Positions 31,775 through 32,000 of a stretch of DNA of 32,000 bases are shown piece by piece. The first letter of the stretch is position 1; every line of letters begins with the position of its first letter. Location of the stretch: NCBI RefSeq assembly GCF_001997385.1, contig NZ_CP019633.1, positions 2,610,001-2,642,000 on the forward strand. Direction: 5' to 3'. This DNA comes from Sedimentisphaera cyanobacteriorum. Its GTDB lineage: Bacteria; Planctomycetota; Phycisphaerae; Sedimentisphaerales; Sedimentisphaeraceae. A model generated the notes under the pieces. It searched no databases. It saw only the letters and a program-made list of their open reading frames with translations, and was not told the origin of the DNA. A program made the translations under genes and the position numbers.

Positions 31775-32000
31775 TTAATGGCCGGATGGTTCACCCAGAA
31801 TGGCTTTCAGAACGGAGAGCTTTTCATTTAGAACATCTTCGCTTTTTGCTTCCATATTGAGCCTGAGGAATGGCTCTGTATTACTCGGCCTAACGTTCAC
31901 CCACCAGCCTTTGAACTGAATTGTTATGCCGTCCAGATCGTCTATCTTCCCGTCAGCGAATTTATGCTTGAGCTCTTTAATCATCGCCTCTTTGTCTTCC
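31775..32000 (-). CDS. Phosphomannomutase/phosphoglucomutase family protein, C-terminal domain only (5' end outside the window)
   Basis: GWWVNVRPSNTEPFLRLNMEA is the PGM/PMM domain IV signature (RPSNTEP.LR). The frame remains open upstream of the Met at 31984 to the window edge (EDKEAM). Confidence 0.85.
   Translation of the reverse strand, partial: EDKEAMIKELKHKFADGKIDDLDGITIQFKGWWVNVRPSNTEPFLRLNMEAKSEDVLNEKLSVLKAILGEPSGH

Noticed and set aside
1-32000. Search for CRISPR arrays, transposases, integrases, phage genes, toxin-antitoxin systems or defence systems.
   Set aside because: I saw no spaced direct-repeat arrays, no recombinase, nuclease or ATPase-type ORFs, and no terminal inverted repeats. 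All large ORFs are accounted for by glycan metabolism, transport, regulation or housekeeping.

Overview
This 32-kb window looks like it comes from a PVC-superphylum bacterium, probably Planctomycetota/Phycisphaerae-like. That inference rests on a DUF1559-type prepilin protein, LamG-repeat exoproteins and dockerin-like C-terminal tags. All family names here come from motif reading, not from a database search. About 25 kb is an accessory hexosamine-glycan utilisation region in three parts. (1) The 3' part of a LamG/FN3-like tandem-repeat surface protein. (2) A ten-gene co-directional block (2.8-17.5 kb): pseudopilin-like protein, DUF4434-like hydrolase, AGE epimerase, Gfo/Idh/MocA oxidoreductase, oversized Na+/solute symporter, lipoprotein glycerophosphodiesterase, GH20-like hydrolase, NAGPA-like phosphodiester glycosidase and GH89 alpha-N-acetylglucosaminidase. 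(3) A divergent unit with a frameshifted FAD oxidoreductase on one side. On the other side are a LacI regulator, an HGSNAT-like membrane acetyltransferase, a second AGE epimerase and an SGNH esterase, followed by a chimeric-looking GH43. The window ends with core genes typA, tmk, a C_GCAxxG_C_C protein and ppdK, plus the 3' end of a phosphomannomutase/phosphoglucomutase gene on the minus strand. I saw no rRNA, tRNA, CRISPR array, transposase or integrase. The most interesting points are the enzyme combination (phosphodiesterase + phosphodiester glycosidase + alpha/beta-HexNAc-ases + HGSNAT-like protein), twin palindromic operators embedded in divergent promoters, a homopolymer frameshift, and a gene-conversion signature in the LamG repeats.
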